A stretch of 64,000 nt of DNA from Monocercomonoides exilis PA203. Lineage: Eukaryota; Protista; Preaxostyla. The translations under genes and the position numbers were made by a program. Location of the stretch: contig LSRY02000037.1 in assembly GCA_001643675.2 (NCBI GenBank), positions 434,001 to 498,000 on the forward strand, written 5' to 3'. This document shows positions 50,877-63,408 of this stretch, in pieces; position 1 is the first letter of the stretch, and each line of letters begins with the position of its first letter. The notes beneath the pieces are model-generated. The model saw only the letters and a program-made list of their open reading frames with translations, did no database searches and had not been told where the DNA came from.

Positions 50877-52202
50877 TTAAATATTAACAAAATAATCTGA
50901 AATGTTCAACGATAAATTTCTACAAAATTTATTGTTAAAAAATGGAAGTGTTTCCAAAAAGCATGTGATGATGTCTTCGAACCCTTCTTCTTCCAGATTT
51001 TCAAAAATCTTTCTTTTCAACTCAATTCTTTTCGCTTCATTGGCTTCGTTTTCCGTCTTTTCTTTCAATCGCATAGAAACTATCATGAAACCCATCAAGC
51101 ATCCATACTCCATATTATCATCCAATGTTGGTCTCTGTATCTCCTCCAAAACAGCATTAATTGCTCTTCCTTTCAGCAAGTCTTCAACTCTCATATTTCC
51201 ATTTTCCATTGCAGCTTCAATAGAAAAAATGCATTTCTTGCAAATTGTTATGCAATTATCTCTTGATGCTCGACACACACGAACAATGCTGTTGAAAAGT
51301 CCCACATATTCTTCATTCCTCGTTTTGCAATTGAAAAAATAAACCTCCAACATTCGCAGCCATCTCAATAAAACAATTCCTTCTATCTTTTCTTTTCCTC
51401 CTTTTTCTTCTTCTTTTCTCTTCCAATTCACCACTGTAACAATTCTTCCAGTTCTTTTGTTTCCTCTCTTGTAAAATGCAGTTCTTTCGTAATCATATCT
51501 TCCAAGCTTCTTCCATTGTCCAATCTGTACATCAAAAATTTCCAAGCTGATTGATAGGCAAATCTTGTAAGATTGTGATGTTCCTGATGATGTTTGATGA
51601 TCTCTTTTAGTTCATTCAAATAAAGTTCTTGATCGATTGGCTGATAAAAAAAGAAAAAAAACATTTCAATAGCATCAAAAAGAAAATGAAAGTTAACATA
51701 CATAATGTGTACCAATATTACTCAAAGCCAGCAAAGCCATTTCCACTTCTTTTTGAGTTTCCTCGTCTTCCTCTTTCCTCAGTGCAACTTTCAGAAGACA
51801 AGGCACGCATATTAAAAGTATGTCAGAATTAAATCCACCAGTAAGCACAATATAGCATTCGCAAAGGCTAATTAGTAGATTTTCGTTTTTCCATTTTTTC
51901 TTTAAATTTTCACCGATGATCATCTTCTCATATTTTTCTTCCAACGAATGTCCATCAAAAGATTGATCCCATGTGTTTTCCAGCTCTTTAAAATATCCAA
52001 TGCATTTCAGTGTAAAAAGTGCATATGATATTGAATCTTTCCTTTCATCAATCATTTCAGATATTTTATCGAACTGTTCAATTGTGAAAGCATAATAAAG
52101 CTCAATTCTCACCATTTCTTCTATCATTCTATTCATTTCAATAACATTCTTTCTCTGTTCATCATCATCGTAACCTTCAAGTCCTTTAAACAATTCTTCA
52201 AC
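50877..52202 (-). pseudogene. Lineage-specific multigene family protein, paralog 2 (frameshifted)
   Basis: Same motifs as paralog 1, with an intron at ~51700-51642. The frame breaks at ~51432 (ELEELLQW* / VNWKRK), consistent with a 1-bp deletion. Confidence 0.7.
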
Positions 52203-55007
52203 AAAGAAAGAATGAAATCAAAACATCAAGAATTCAAATACAACAATGTTTGCAAGCCTGTTAAACTCTTTGTGTTATTTGTCTTCTGTTTTTTAATAAA
52301 TCCATTGCAATCAGAAAATAACACCATTTTGCAATTTAAATCGAATTTGCATATTTTTGGATAAATGAAATAGATGAATAATAAAAACCAAAAATAACCG
52401 CTAAAGTGTATGCATTCATGCCAAATTAATTTGCATTTGCATTTTTTACAATATATTACAAAGAAAGACAATGCCTTTAACAAATCTTTATTTGTAATGG
52501 ATTCAATGATCGAAACACTTTTCTTGAGATAAAATATAAAATTGCAAGATGAGGGCTGATCAATGTGATTTCCATCTAAAATTTGAAATGGAGTGAGTTA
52601 TTTTTACATCCCATTTTTTTTTATCGCTGCTAAACATTCTGGATCACAGGAGCACTTCTGTAAAAAAATAAATTACTGGAAACCTTCAAAATATGGTGAA
52701 TGGGAACAAAACGTACTATTCAAAAAATAACACAAAGAAAGTTTTATTTCTATAAAAAAAAAGACTGAATGGATACAAAGCAATCAATAAAATTGAAATA
52801 TTCATTCTCGACTCAAAATTCAAGTGATAAATAATCTCCTTTTTTATCAAAAAATATATGATCAAACCCTAATAATATTATTTCTCAAAATTTCTAATTA
52901 GGTTTTAGAGAGGTTATTGGTTTAATGCCTTCACAACGAGTGAATTAGGGTATTATATAAATAAAAATATGAACATAGATAATTAAATAGGGTGTTATTT
53001 ATCAAAAAAGATAAAAAAACAGGTGTTTTGTTGATTAAGAATTTCAAAAATGGGTTACCAATTCATTTATTCAAATTAGACGAAATTTACCAGTAAAAAT
53101 ATCCCACTTAGACTTATTAATAATTTTGATAACGAACATTTACGTTTTTAAAAGCATTTTAAACAGTACGTTTTGTTCCAACTTACCCAAAATATCATTG
53201 TATTCTGTTCCTGAAAATATTTTTCATTTATTGATTTTTGAAGACAAATTTAAAGTTTTTTCGTTTATTTTTAAAGATCAAAGACTTGCTCATATTTCAA
53301 GAGCTTGTTGTTTTGAGATTTTTCAGTATAGTTATTGTTTAAAAAAATTCATTTTTTGGTGTTTTTGGTTATTTTCCAATATTTGATACTTCGTTTTTTC
53401 ATTATTTTTTTCATTTCACGAAGAAAAAAAAGGACGATTTGTCAGAACAAGAGAATGTTTTCCAATGATTTTTCAATTGAATAGAAAATATTTTTTTATA
53501 AAAAGATTTAGAAACTGTTTTATTATGCTTAATATTCTACATCATAATTGTTTTTTTAAAACTCGTTTTTGTGAATTTTCGAAATATTTTCTTTAACATG
53601 ATGAACAAAATATCAATTTTTGCTTAATTGCTGAATTATTAATTTGTTCAACGATTTATATGAATGGAAAAACATGAATAAGATTTTTAAAAACAATTAT
53701 TCTTATTTTGTCGTAATTTTGTGAAATGAAAAAATAATTATTAAACGATGTGAATTGCTAACAAAAAGAACAAGAAAAATAAAAAAATCAAGTTTAATAA
53801 CCAAAACATGTCAAATTTTTTTTGAAAAGTTCCTTTTGTTTGATTTTCAAATAGAATAAAAATAACTTATTATGAAAATATTTCTGTTTCCACTCACCAA
53901 AATTTGCTATTATGTGAAAAAAATCTAAACAATGTTATTATTTCATTTTTGTGAAATTTCATGATTCGGAACAAAAATTTGATCTAAATATGTAATTTTT
54001 ATTCTATTTGAAAATTATACAAAAGGAACTTTACAAAAAAATTTAGACATGTTGTCACATTCAACACTAAATAATGTTCACTATCAGCTGGTGCAAACAA
54101 CTCAAAAAAGGCCAATGGGCATGATTCGACCAGTTAAAAATTCAAGTCATAAAGATTTCTTTTTCATTTTCCGATCAGAAAATCATTGTTTTGATATATA
54201 TAAAGTCTGTTTTTGTCATCAATTTTTAATAAAAAATGAAAATAAATATTTTTTCGATCTTTGAATATAAAAAAAAAATTATCTTCATATTCATGCCTTA
54301 ATATCTTTATAAATGTTGATAAAATGAAATATCTTTTAGGGTTAACCTTTATTCATGGAATTCTCTTGTTGAAATTTGTGAATTAGTTAAAAAAACCTAA
54401 CAGAAAACATGATAAAATTAAATGATGGGCTTGATCAAAAATTTTTATCTCAAAAAGATAGATTCAGTTTGAAGATAATTTAACTTTTGAAAAGAAATTT
54501 TATACTGACCTTAATTAATTAATTCGGAAAGCTCAGTTTCGATATGGTTTTTGGTATTTTCATTAGAATAATCATGACTGGAAATCTAATCCCCTTTTGC
54601 ACAAAAAATGTTGTTTGGGGGAGATTTTCTTTGAAATGAACAACAACAAAAAAAAAAAAACATTCGCGCTTTTTTTTAACGAGGATGAAAAGGAGAATGT
54701 TGAAATTTTTTCACCATAAATGAATATTAAATTATCTTTAAATCCAAAATGTCAATATTTTCATCATCAAATAAATAATTTATTCATCTGGAATTGTTTG
54801 AGTTTTTGAATACTGTTAAAATTATGTATTTTTTTTTCATTTATATACAGTAATATCATTTCACGAAACCGAATAAAGAAAAAAGAATAATGAGTTCGTA
54901 TTTGTTAAATATTTTTTCCGGATTTTTTGAAAAGTGATAATTTTTTATTTTTTATTTATTATAATTATCTTTTTTTTAATTGAATGAGTAATTCAATTCA
55001 CAACACG

Positions 55008-55221
55008 GATATGGCTGATCCTTTTTTAAATCATTCTTTCGTTCGAGTTTTGATCAAAGCTTTAATCTCAACGGGATTTTCGAAAAAATATATTTCATTT
55101 AAAATATCGTCATAAGATGTGAATATTTTCCGATGTTATGCACTTTTACGAAAATCAGACTGAAATTTAAATTTTGATCAAAACTCAAAGGAATTTGTGA
55201 TTTCAAAAAGGATCAGCTATA
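55008..55221. mobile_element. Small palindromic MITE-like element (~210 bp)
   Basis: GATATGGCTGATCCTTTTT...GAGTTTTGATCAAA pairs imperfectly with TTTGATCAAAACTC...AAAAAGGATCAGCTATA. Confidence 0.65.
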
Positions 55222-56205
55222 GGTGAGTAATATTATTGGCACCAGTTTTTTTATTGGCACCAAAAATTATTTTCATTATCTTCATTTCATTAAAGCTCAT
55301 AAATCTGTTTCATAACTTAAGAACAATAAACAAATAAAAATTAAGCTGTACGTCAAATATTTTTTCAAAAAACTTTCTCAGTAAAACGATCTAATAATTT
55401 TTAACTTATATATTTCGATCAATATTTTGCACGTATTTTCATGACTGATTGCAGTTGCGAGTTTTTATCACGGAATTCACAAAAACAATTGTATTTTCCG
55501 TATTTGTTACTTATTCGTTATATTTTGAACCATTTATTTAAGTGTATTTTTGCATTTCACCACTTTTGTTTAAACATGCAAAATCAAGTGAATGTGTATG
55601 TTTTATCGATTTACATGAAGTTTATGATATTATATAAGTTATTTCAAAAACATATTCTTGATGTTGAATAATTAACAATTTGTCAATACTTAGATAAATA
55701 TAATTCTTAAAAAAAAGCGTGATCCTTTGATGTCTTTCAAATTTTGAATTCATTTTCGTTTTCAAAACATGCATAATATACAAAAATGATTATTTTACCG
55801 ATATCTTTTGACCTTTTTTAACAAAACATACACATTCACTTGATTTTGCATGTTTTAACAAAAATGGTGAAATGCAAAAATACACTTAAATAAATGGTTC
55901 AAAATATAACGAATAAGTAACAAATACGGAAAATACAATTGTTTTTGTGAATTCCGTGATAAAAACTCGCAACTGCAATCAGTCATGAAAATACGTGCAA
56001 AATATTGATCGAAATATATAAGTTAAAAATTATTAGATCGTTTTACTGAGAAAGTTTTTTGAAAAAATATTTGACGTACAGCTTAATTTTTATTTGTTTA
56101 TTGTTCTTAAGTTATGAAACAGATTTATGAGCTTTAATGAAATGAAGATAATGAAAATAATTTTTGGTGCCAATAAAAAAACTGGTGCCAATAATTATAC
56201 TCACC
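55222..56205. mobile_element. Non-autonomous foldback element, 984 bp, ~380-bp inverted arms
   Basis: 55222-55604 is the near-perfect reverse complement of 55823-56205. Termini are TA|GGTGAGT ... ACTCACC|TA. Tandem TTATTGGCACCA pair at each end. Confidence 0.88.
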
Positions 56206-56633
56206 TATCACAATTTAAGAGCGAAACTTCTTTTTATTTTTTATTTTTATTTATTTTTTATTTTTATTTTTTGAAATAATTCATAGTTTTCGTAAAATAT
56301 CGATTATTTTTTTTAAATTTCTCTTTTGAGAAATTCAGGATTATCAGAAACAAAGTTAAAGCATGAAATTTTCGTGTTTTGAACGAGTTCATTTTCATCA
56401 ATAAATCATAAGATTCATTACACAAATTGACTCTTGAAAAGATACATTTCTTATTGCTTAGAGTCTTCCTATGCTCTGAAGCGTTCTTCAATGGACAAAC
56501 AAAAAGAATTCAAAATCTTCAAAGGAACGCATCCACGCCAGAAGTCTCATCAATCTTAGTTTGATATTTAATGAATGATGCAAACGCATCATAGATCTTC
56601 AAGCTCCACTTTAAAATAAAAATTCCCTTTCCG

Positions 56634-57579
56634 TCAAACCATTTCCCCTTGTTTTGACAGAAACTGTAAGAAGAAGTCACCCAGCTGCTGCTTTGTTCCA
56701 GAGATAGAAATCTGATGGCAGATATTCAGGAATCTTCGTCTCAGTTGCCGTAAGTCGTGAAGTGAATATGTACGTGGAAGAACAAACTGAAAAATTAAAA
56801 AAAAATAAAAACCAATAATAAATAATAAATAAAATGAAAATAAATATAAAAAAGATAATAGTGAAATTTTTTTATTAAATATGAATGAAAAAGAAAAGGA
56901 TGAAAAAGATGAAAAGAATAAAAGATTGATCAATGAAAGTTTGAAACATTTGAAAAGAAAGAAAGAAAGAAGTATTTATTTTTTTTTTTCATTTTTTTAT
57001 TGGAAATTATTAAGATAAATGCAAACTCTTTCAGAACAGCCAGGAACAGCCACAGAATCGCCTGGAAGGCACACACGTTGTGCTTCAACAAGAAAATCAA
57101 CCACATTTTGAGTAACCTGAAAAATAAAAACAAATATAAATATAAATAAATTAAATCAAGAAGAAAGAAAGAAAGAAAAAGAAAGAAAGAAAAAGAAAGA
57201 AAGAAAAAGAAAGAAAGAAAAAAGAAAAAAGATAAAAGAAAACATTTAAATAATTGTTATTATTGAACATCACAAATATCAATTGGATAAAAAAAAAACG
57301 ATTTCAGTGAATTTCAAAATATTTATAATATTTTTTAAAACAAAAAAGAAAGATACAATTAATCCATTTTTTTAATAAACAAAGAGAAAAAAAAAAAAAA
57401 AACCTGAAATAAAAGCATACCACTCCAAATTCGTAGACTGTTGATGAATCAGAATGAGTTTGCTAAATAGAAATAGAAATAGAAAGAGAAAGAGAAAGAG
57501 AAAGAGAAAGAGAAATAGAAATAGAAAGAAAAATAGAAAGAGAAATAGAAAGAGAAAGAGAAAAAGAAAAAGAAAAAGA

Positions 57580-57611
<32 letters not shown>

Positions 57612-57681
57612 AAGAGAAAAAGAGAAAGAGAGAGAAAGAGAGAGAGAGAGAAAGAGAGAGAGAAAAGATAGAAACAGAGAA

Positions 57682-57716
<35 letters not shown>

Positions 57717-59371
57717 TAGAAATAGAAAGAAAAATAAAAAGAGAAAGAGAAAGAGAAAGAGAAAGAGAAAGAGAAAGAGAAAGAAAGAAAGAAAGAGAAA
57801 GATATATAAGTATATTTAGAAAACAAATTTAAGCAATCTATTCTATGTTACAAAAATAAATGCCTTTAATGTTGACTTTGGTGGTGTCAGTCCGATTGTG
57901 GCAAATAAAGTCTTTTCAATCAAGTCAAAAGGAATGGCTGATAAAACATTTTTGGAGAAAGAAAAAACACCAATAAATAAATAAATAAATAAATTTTTGT
58001 AAAATTAAAATAAAATAAAAATAAAAATAAAAAAAAATTGAAAATAAAAGTAAGCGAAATACATTATATGAATAAATATAAATATTCATATTTCATTTTC
58101 TATTTTCTTTACGATTTCTGAAGCATATCTCAAACCTTGAACAAGTCTCTCATCAATTTCCTCCACAGATGCATTTGCAAACAACTTCCATCCTTTCCTT
58201 CGCTCCTCTTCGTCCTTTCTCAGCCTCTCAGCCTTCTCCTTCTCCTTCTCCTCCGATGAAGAAAGGTCATTCAGTGCGAGCGCTTCTTCCAAAGGATCTG
58301 CTTCACTCATCTCTTCGCCCAGTGCAAATGACAGACACTTCATCTTCTCCAAATACTCCTTCCGATCCTTCTCCAGCTTCTCAATCTGCTTCAACGACTG
58401 CTTCCATTCCTCGTCTTCTCCTGTATCGTCACTGTCGTCTTCATCATCTTCGTCCTCCTCTTCCTCCTCTTCTTCTTCAATAGATCCCTCTTTTCCACTC
58501 TTTCCACGGAAATGCAATTTATCTCCCTCTTGATTTTCATAATTTTGCTTTTCATTTTCAGACTTTGCCAAATCTCTACAACTTTCGTCTTCACATTCTT
58601 TACACTTGTTAGCGTGCGTGATCTTAATATTTCTTGATTTTTGGTATCTCCTGTTAGTGCTCCCAAGTAGTTGGTATTCGTCGTACACATCCTGAGGAGC
58701 TGGCTGAACTTTGAAGAATGGTCGCTCCCAATGATTATCTTCTGATGGAACCTCAAACCGAGAAGTGAGGTCAATAAACATTTCAGGTGAATATTTGCTC
58801 TGCTCACGCTCCTCTGAGTCGTTCCATTTGTATGCTTCTACCATTGGGACTGTGCAATACACCAAGCAAAATGTTGTCAAAAACTGTCTTGCAATACAAA
58901 ACAATTCATAACGAAAACCACGAATGTAGTTCAATGAATCGCATATGCAAATTGGAGATGTCTGAGCATTTGGCTTTTCGGAAGGAGCATCGGAACCAAA
59001 AGAAGCGCTAGAAGGTGTTGCTGCTTGTGAGGCTGTTCCAGGCGTTGAAAGAGCTTGATATACAGCTGTTTTTAGTGACGAGCGTAAATTCATTTCTCCA
59101 TAATTGTCTTCATATGTAAAAGAAAATGATTTGCATAAAAACGAGACAAAAAATAAATAAGAATATATATTGAATTAATCACATAAAAAAATTTGAAAAA
59201 CATAAAGCATTTATTTAGCCCACCTTTGTATGATTCCGTTTTGTCAAGTCCAAGCGTTTCTTCGTTCACAACAGTAACTTTATATTGTTTTGCATTTAAA
59301 TATTCTGACAAAGCCGTAGCAACTGATGTTTTCCCAGATGCCGGTGGACCGCAAATCAAAATAAGAGGCAT
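56634..59371 (-). CDS. KTI12: KTI12 (Elongator-associated P-loop ATPase), 6 exons, ~492 aa
   Basis: Exons 59371-59224, 59107-58136, 57937-57864, 57462-57421, 57116-57027, 56786-56634. Motifs MPLILICGPPASGKT, DSLNYIRGFRYELFCIAR, RFEVP...WERP, EAQRVCLPGD and DLRQLRRRFL. Confidence 0.9.
57465..57800. repeat. Purine-rich (GAAAGA/GAAATA/GA)n microsatellite in KTI12 intron 3
   Basis: Directly visible tandem hexamers and dinucleotides. Confidence 0.9.
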
Positions 59372-59674
59372 ATTTCTTTTCTAATCCTTGACGGAAAGAG
59401 AAAAAGATTATTTAATATTATTGTGATCTTATCCCAAAGTAATCAATATTCAAACAAAATTTTTTTCATTTTTTTAAGTTTGTTATTTTACTGCGATAAA
59501 AATAAATTTAGGAATGGGGTTTTGTTTTTCTAATGAATTTAGATATTTTTGTTTCTTTTTGACAATGTTTAAGAAAAATTTTGAGCATTTTGCAGAAATG
59601 GAGCCTTTCATGAATAATTGATAAAATGCATCAAATTTTGTTCTTTTAATAATATCAAATGTTGAAAACATCAA

Positions 59675-60136
59675 TCACAGATTTTCTGTAAGTTGCGAGA
59701 AGCAATCATTTAATCTGTGTTCAGTTGCCCATACCACATCCAACAGCACTTCCTCCTCACAAATTTCCATTAGTTTTTTTCTTATTGAAATAAACGTCTC
59801 AATGCCATCCATCACCAAATTCTGAATGGACTGAGGATTCGTGGAGCAGAAACGTAGTACAAAATCTTCAATGGCTCCAGTTCTTTCCCACGTTATGTTC
59901 TCCGCAGAATCAATCATGCACAGTTGTTTCACAGCAAGAGAAACATGTCCTCCCGCAAACAAAAGCTCCACATCTTTCAATGTTCCATATGAAAAGAGCA
60001 AGCGCTGAATGTTAGCGATGCGAAATAGTGACGGGATTGTTTCATTCCGTATTTCGAGAGTGACCTTATCAATTTGCATGAGGAGGAAACGATCTTGGCA
60101 AACTCGACTGATAAATATTTCCTTTTCATTCATCAA
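59675..60136 (-). CDS. Hypothetical helical protein or gene fragment
   Basis: 153-aa ORF of normal complexity and higher GC than its flanks. No recognisable family and 5' end unclear. Confidence 0.4.
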   Translation of the reverse strand: MMNEKEIFISRVCQDRFLLMQIDKVTLEIRNETIPSLFRIANIQRLLFSYGTLKDVELLFAGGHVSLAVKQLCMIDSAENITWERTGAIEDFVLRFCSTNPQSIQNLVMDGIETFISIRKKLMEICEEEVLLDVVWATEHRLNDCFSQLTENL

Positions 60137-60600
60137 TAAAATCGCTTAAAAGAAAAATAAATTGTTTTCAGTCCAATTTATTCAGTCTCCAGTTGCACTC
60201 AACACTTTCTGTGCCTTTTTCATTTTCCCTTTTCTTTTGGAAGCATTCATCTCCTTTCTTCGAATTTTTTAACAAGTACTTATCAACATTTGGTTAGCTG
60301 CCCAAAGAGCCTTCAACAAGAAGATAAATCATTTCTTTTTACACTTTTTTAACTGAAGTGCATATTATTTTTTTAAATATCAGAGAAAATAATTTAATCC
60401 GATTTTTATTTAACAGTGCAATAAAAATATCAAATATTATGATGCGAGGGAAAAATCAATTATAATAATCTGATATTAAGTATTTGGATATTTTTGATGA
60501 ACCATCATTTTTGAATGAAGAAAAAACTCAATTCTGAAAATTGAATAAAATATAGGGAAAAGATCAATTATCATTTTTTAAATTGAAGTGAGTCATTAAC

Positions 60601-61071
60601 ATGCCAATCGGAGTCGTAATTCCATCTGAGACAGTTGCTAAATTTCAACATTTTCAATTTGGAAGAACACTTATTTACCTTGTACTGAAAATAGAAGATG
60701 AGAAAAATGTGGTTGAAGATTTTGAAGGAGAAAAAGGAAAATCAATTTCAGTGTGACATATTTTATAAGAAGAAAATATTCCTTTAAACGATCATTTTTT
60801 TATTTCTTTAAATTAGGATTTAAAATCGCAATTACCGGACAGTGAGCCGAGGTACATTCTGATTCATCATGGATTTATTGTTGATGGTACTCCAAGAGGA
60901 AAAACCTTTCTATTATTATATACACCAACAGGAACAAGCATTAGAAAAAAGATGATATATGCTTCTGCAAAAGGCGAAGTTAAATCTGCACTTAATGGAA
61001 TACAAATTGAGATGGATGTTGATGAATCATTTTCTTCTGATGATCTCACTGAAAAGGCAACAAGAATTTAA
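60601..61071 (+). CDS. ADF/cofilin actin-depolymerizing factor, 2 exons, 134 aa
   Basis: Exons 60601-60750 and 60817-61071 (GTGTGA...ATTAG) give MPIGVVIP...YLVLKIED...LPDSEPRY...YTPTGTSIRKKMIYASAK...ALNGI, the ADF-H motifs. Absent from the ORF track. Confidence 0.9.
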
Positions 61072-61538
61072 TTTATTTTTGTTGAATGTTTATGTTTTAT
61101 AATCTTGAGGATTTTCAAGCTTTTTAAGTGTTTTAGTCGAATTTTCTGTTGTATTCTAAGTTTTTAAAAATGGTGATAGTTGATTTAGGCTATCAAAGTT
61201 TGTTTTATTTTCAACTGAAATGTGAATGTGTGTTTATGTTTTTTTGTTCATTAGTTTGTAAACTGAAATTTTTGTTGAAAGTATTTTTCGATTTTGCGTT
61301 TTTATTTTTTCGTTGTTTCTTGATAAGGTAGATCTGAATTCTCAGAGCTGAACAGGAAATTTAAATAGATTTTATGCATCAAAATGTCTTCTTTTCTTTC
61401 TTTTTATTTAGGATACATGCATATAAAATTTTAATAATTCAAAAAAAAAAATATTGTAAAGACTTTGAAATGAAGTGAATTGTAATAGGCTAAGGTTCAC
61501 AGCCAAATCTTAGTGCTGATAGAAATGGATCTTGTAAT

Positions 61539-61781
<243 letters not shown>

Positions 61782-62089
61782 CTTCTCAATTAATTAAGAC
61801 GATAGCTAATTTTTTATTTAATATCCTGTTCACTTCCTCTTTTTGTTGAGTGCAATTCTTTCTTTGAAAATCTGCTCTTTGAAGGAAGGTTTCAGATATT
61901 CGAATTTTCTAACACTCAAAAAAAACTTAAGTTTTTTGTTAAATAGGGAAAAATGCTCCAACTTTATAAAATATCCTTTATCTTCATTATATTTAAAATC
62001 TTCATTATAATCATCATCATTATTTTCTTTTTTTCTTTTTCTTTTTTCTTTTCTTTTCTTTCATTTTCTTTCTTTATTGTCAAATTCAG

Positions 62090-63377
62090 CTAACTGTGCT
62101 GCTTTCCTGCTCCATTTTCGCTTTTCTCTCCATCTCTCTTTTTTGCTTCAAAAGAGCAATCTTTTTTCTCAAAATTTCTTCCTTTTCTGCATTTTTTTCT
62201 CCTCTTCTCCTCCTCTTCTGCATCATCTTTCTTCATTTTCGTTCCAATTTCGTTTTTTTCTCTGTTATTTCCTTGTTCATTTTCTTTATTTTTTTCATTT
62301 CTCTCATTTTTCGCATCTTTTTCTTTTTCTTCTTCTTCTTCTTGATATGATGGAATATCCAACTTATTCTCTTTCTCTCTCTGTTCTTTTGCAATTCTTT
62401 CCGCATTCTCCCTCTTTTTCTGCTCCAACATCGCCATTATCTTCCTTCTCTTCTCTTCCTTCTCCAATTTCTTCTGTTTAGACTCATTTGCATCGCTTTT
62501 GTCTTCTTTCACATCTTTTTGATGGTTTTCTTTCTCTTTCTCTTTTTCTTCTTTCTCTTCTTTCTTTTTCTCTTCTTTCTCTTTCCCCTCTTTTTTATCT
62601 TCTTTCTTCTCTTCTTTCTCTTTCTCCTTTTCCTTCTCTCTTTCTTTCTCTTTTTCTTTCTCTCTTTCTCTTCTCTTTTTCTCCAACAATTCCAAAAGTT
62701 GCTTCTTCTTCTCAATTTTTTCTGCTTCAATTTTTTTCTTTTCTGCTTCTTTTTCTGCTTCTTGTTTTACTCTTTCTCTTTCTCTTTCTCTTTCTCTTTC
62801 TCTTTCTCTTTCTCGTTCCTTTTCTTTTTCTTCCTCCTTTCTAATTCGTTCTTCTTCTTCTTCTTCTTTCTTCTTCTTTTCTTCCTTTTCTTTTCTTAAT
62901 CTCTCTTCCTCTTCCTTGCGTTTTCTTTCTTTTTCTTCTTCTTCTTCTTTCTTCTTTCTCTCTTCTTCTTCCTTTCTCTTCTTTTCCTCCTCTTCCTCTT
63001 TTCTTTTTCGCTTTTCTTCTTCTTCTTCTTTTTTTAACCTTTCCTTCTCTTTTTCTTTTTCTTTTTTCTTTCTTTCTTCTTCCTCTTTTCTTTTCTTTTC
63101 TTCCTCTTCTCCCTTCTTCTTCTCTTCTTCTTCTCTTTTTATTCTTTCTTCTTCTTCTTTCTCTTTTCTCTTTCTCTCCTCTTCTTCCTTCCTCTTTCTT
63201 TCTTCCTCTTCTTTCTTAGCTTTCTCTTCTTCTTTTTGTTGCTCTTCTTTATCTTCTTTATCTTCCTTCTCTTTCTCCTCCTCTTTTTCCTCCTCTTTCT
63301 CTTCCATTTTCTCTTCTTCTTTTTTCTCCTCCTCCTCTCCTTCTCCTTCTTCTCTCTTCCCTTTGGAATAATCAACA

Positions 63378-63408
<31 letters not shown>

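Noticed and set aside
52860-54400. Possible third decayed DDE transposase (LFKLDE at ~53065-53085)
   Set aside because: A single short motif with no sustained frame or TIRs. Needs a profile search.
57449-57826. 121-125 aa ORFs of RE/RK or FS repeats
   Set aside because: Translations of an intronic microsatellite.
4107-61071. Cytoskeleton-themed gene cluster (HOOK-like, SKA1, WH2-like, cofilin)
   Set aside because: Genes are scattered among unrelated genes and transposons, with no evidence of co-regulation beyond the head-to-head pair.
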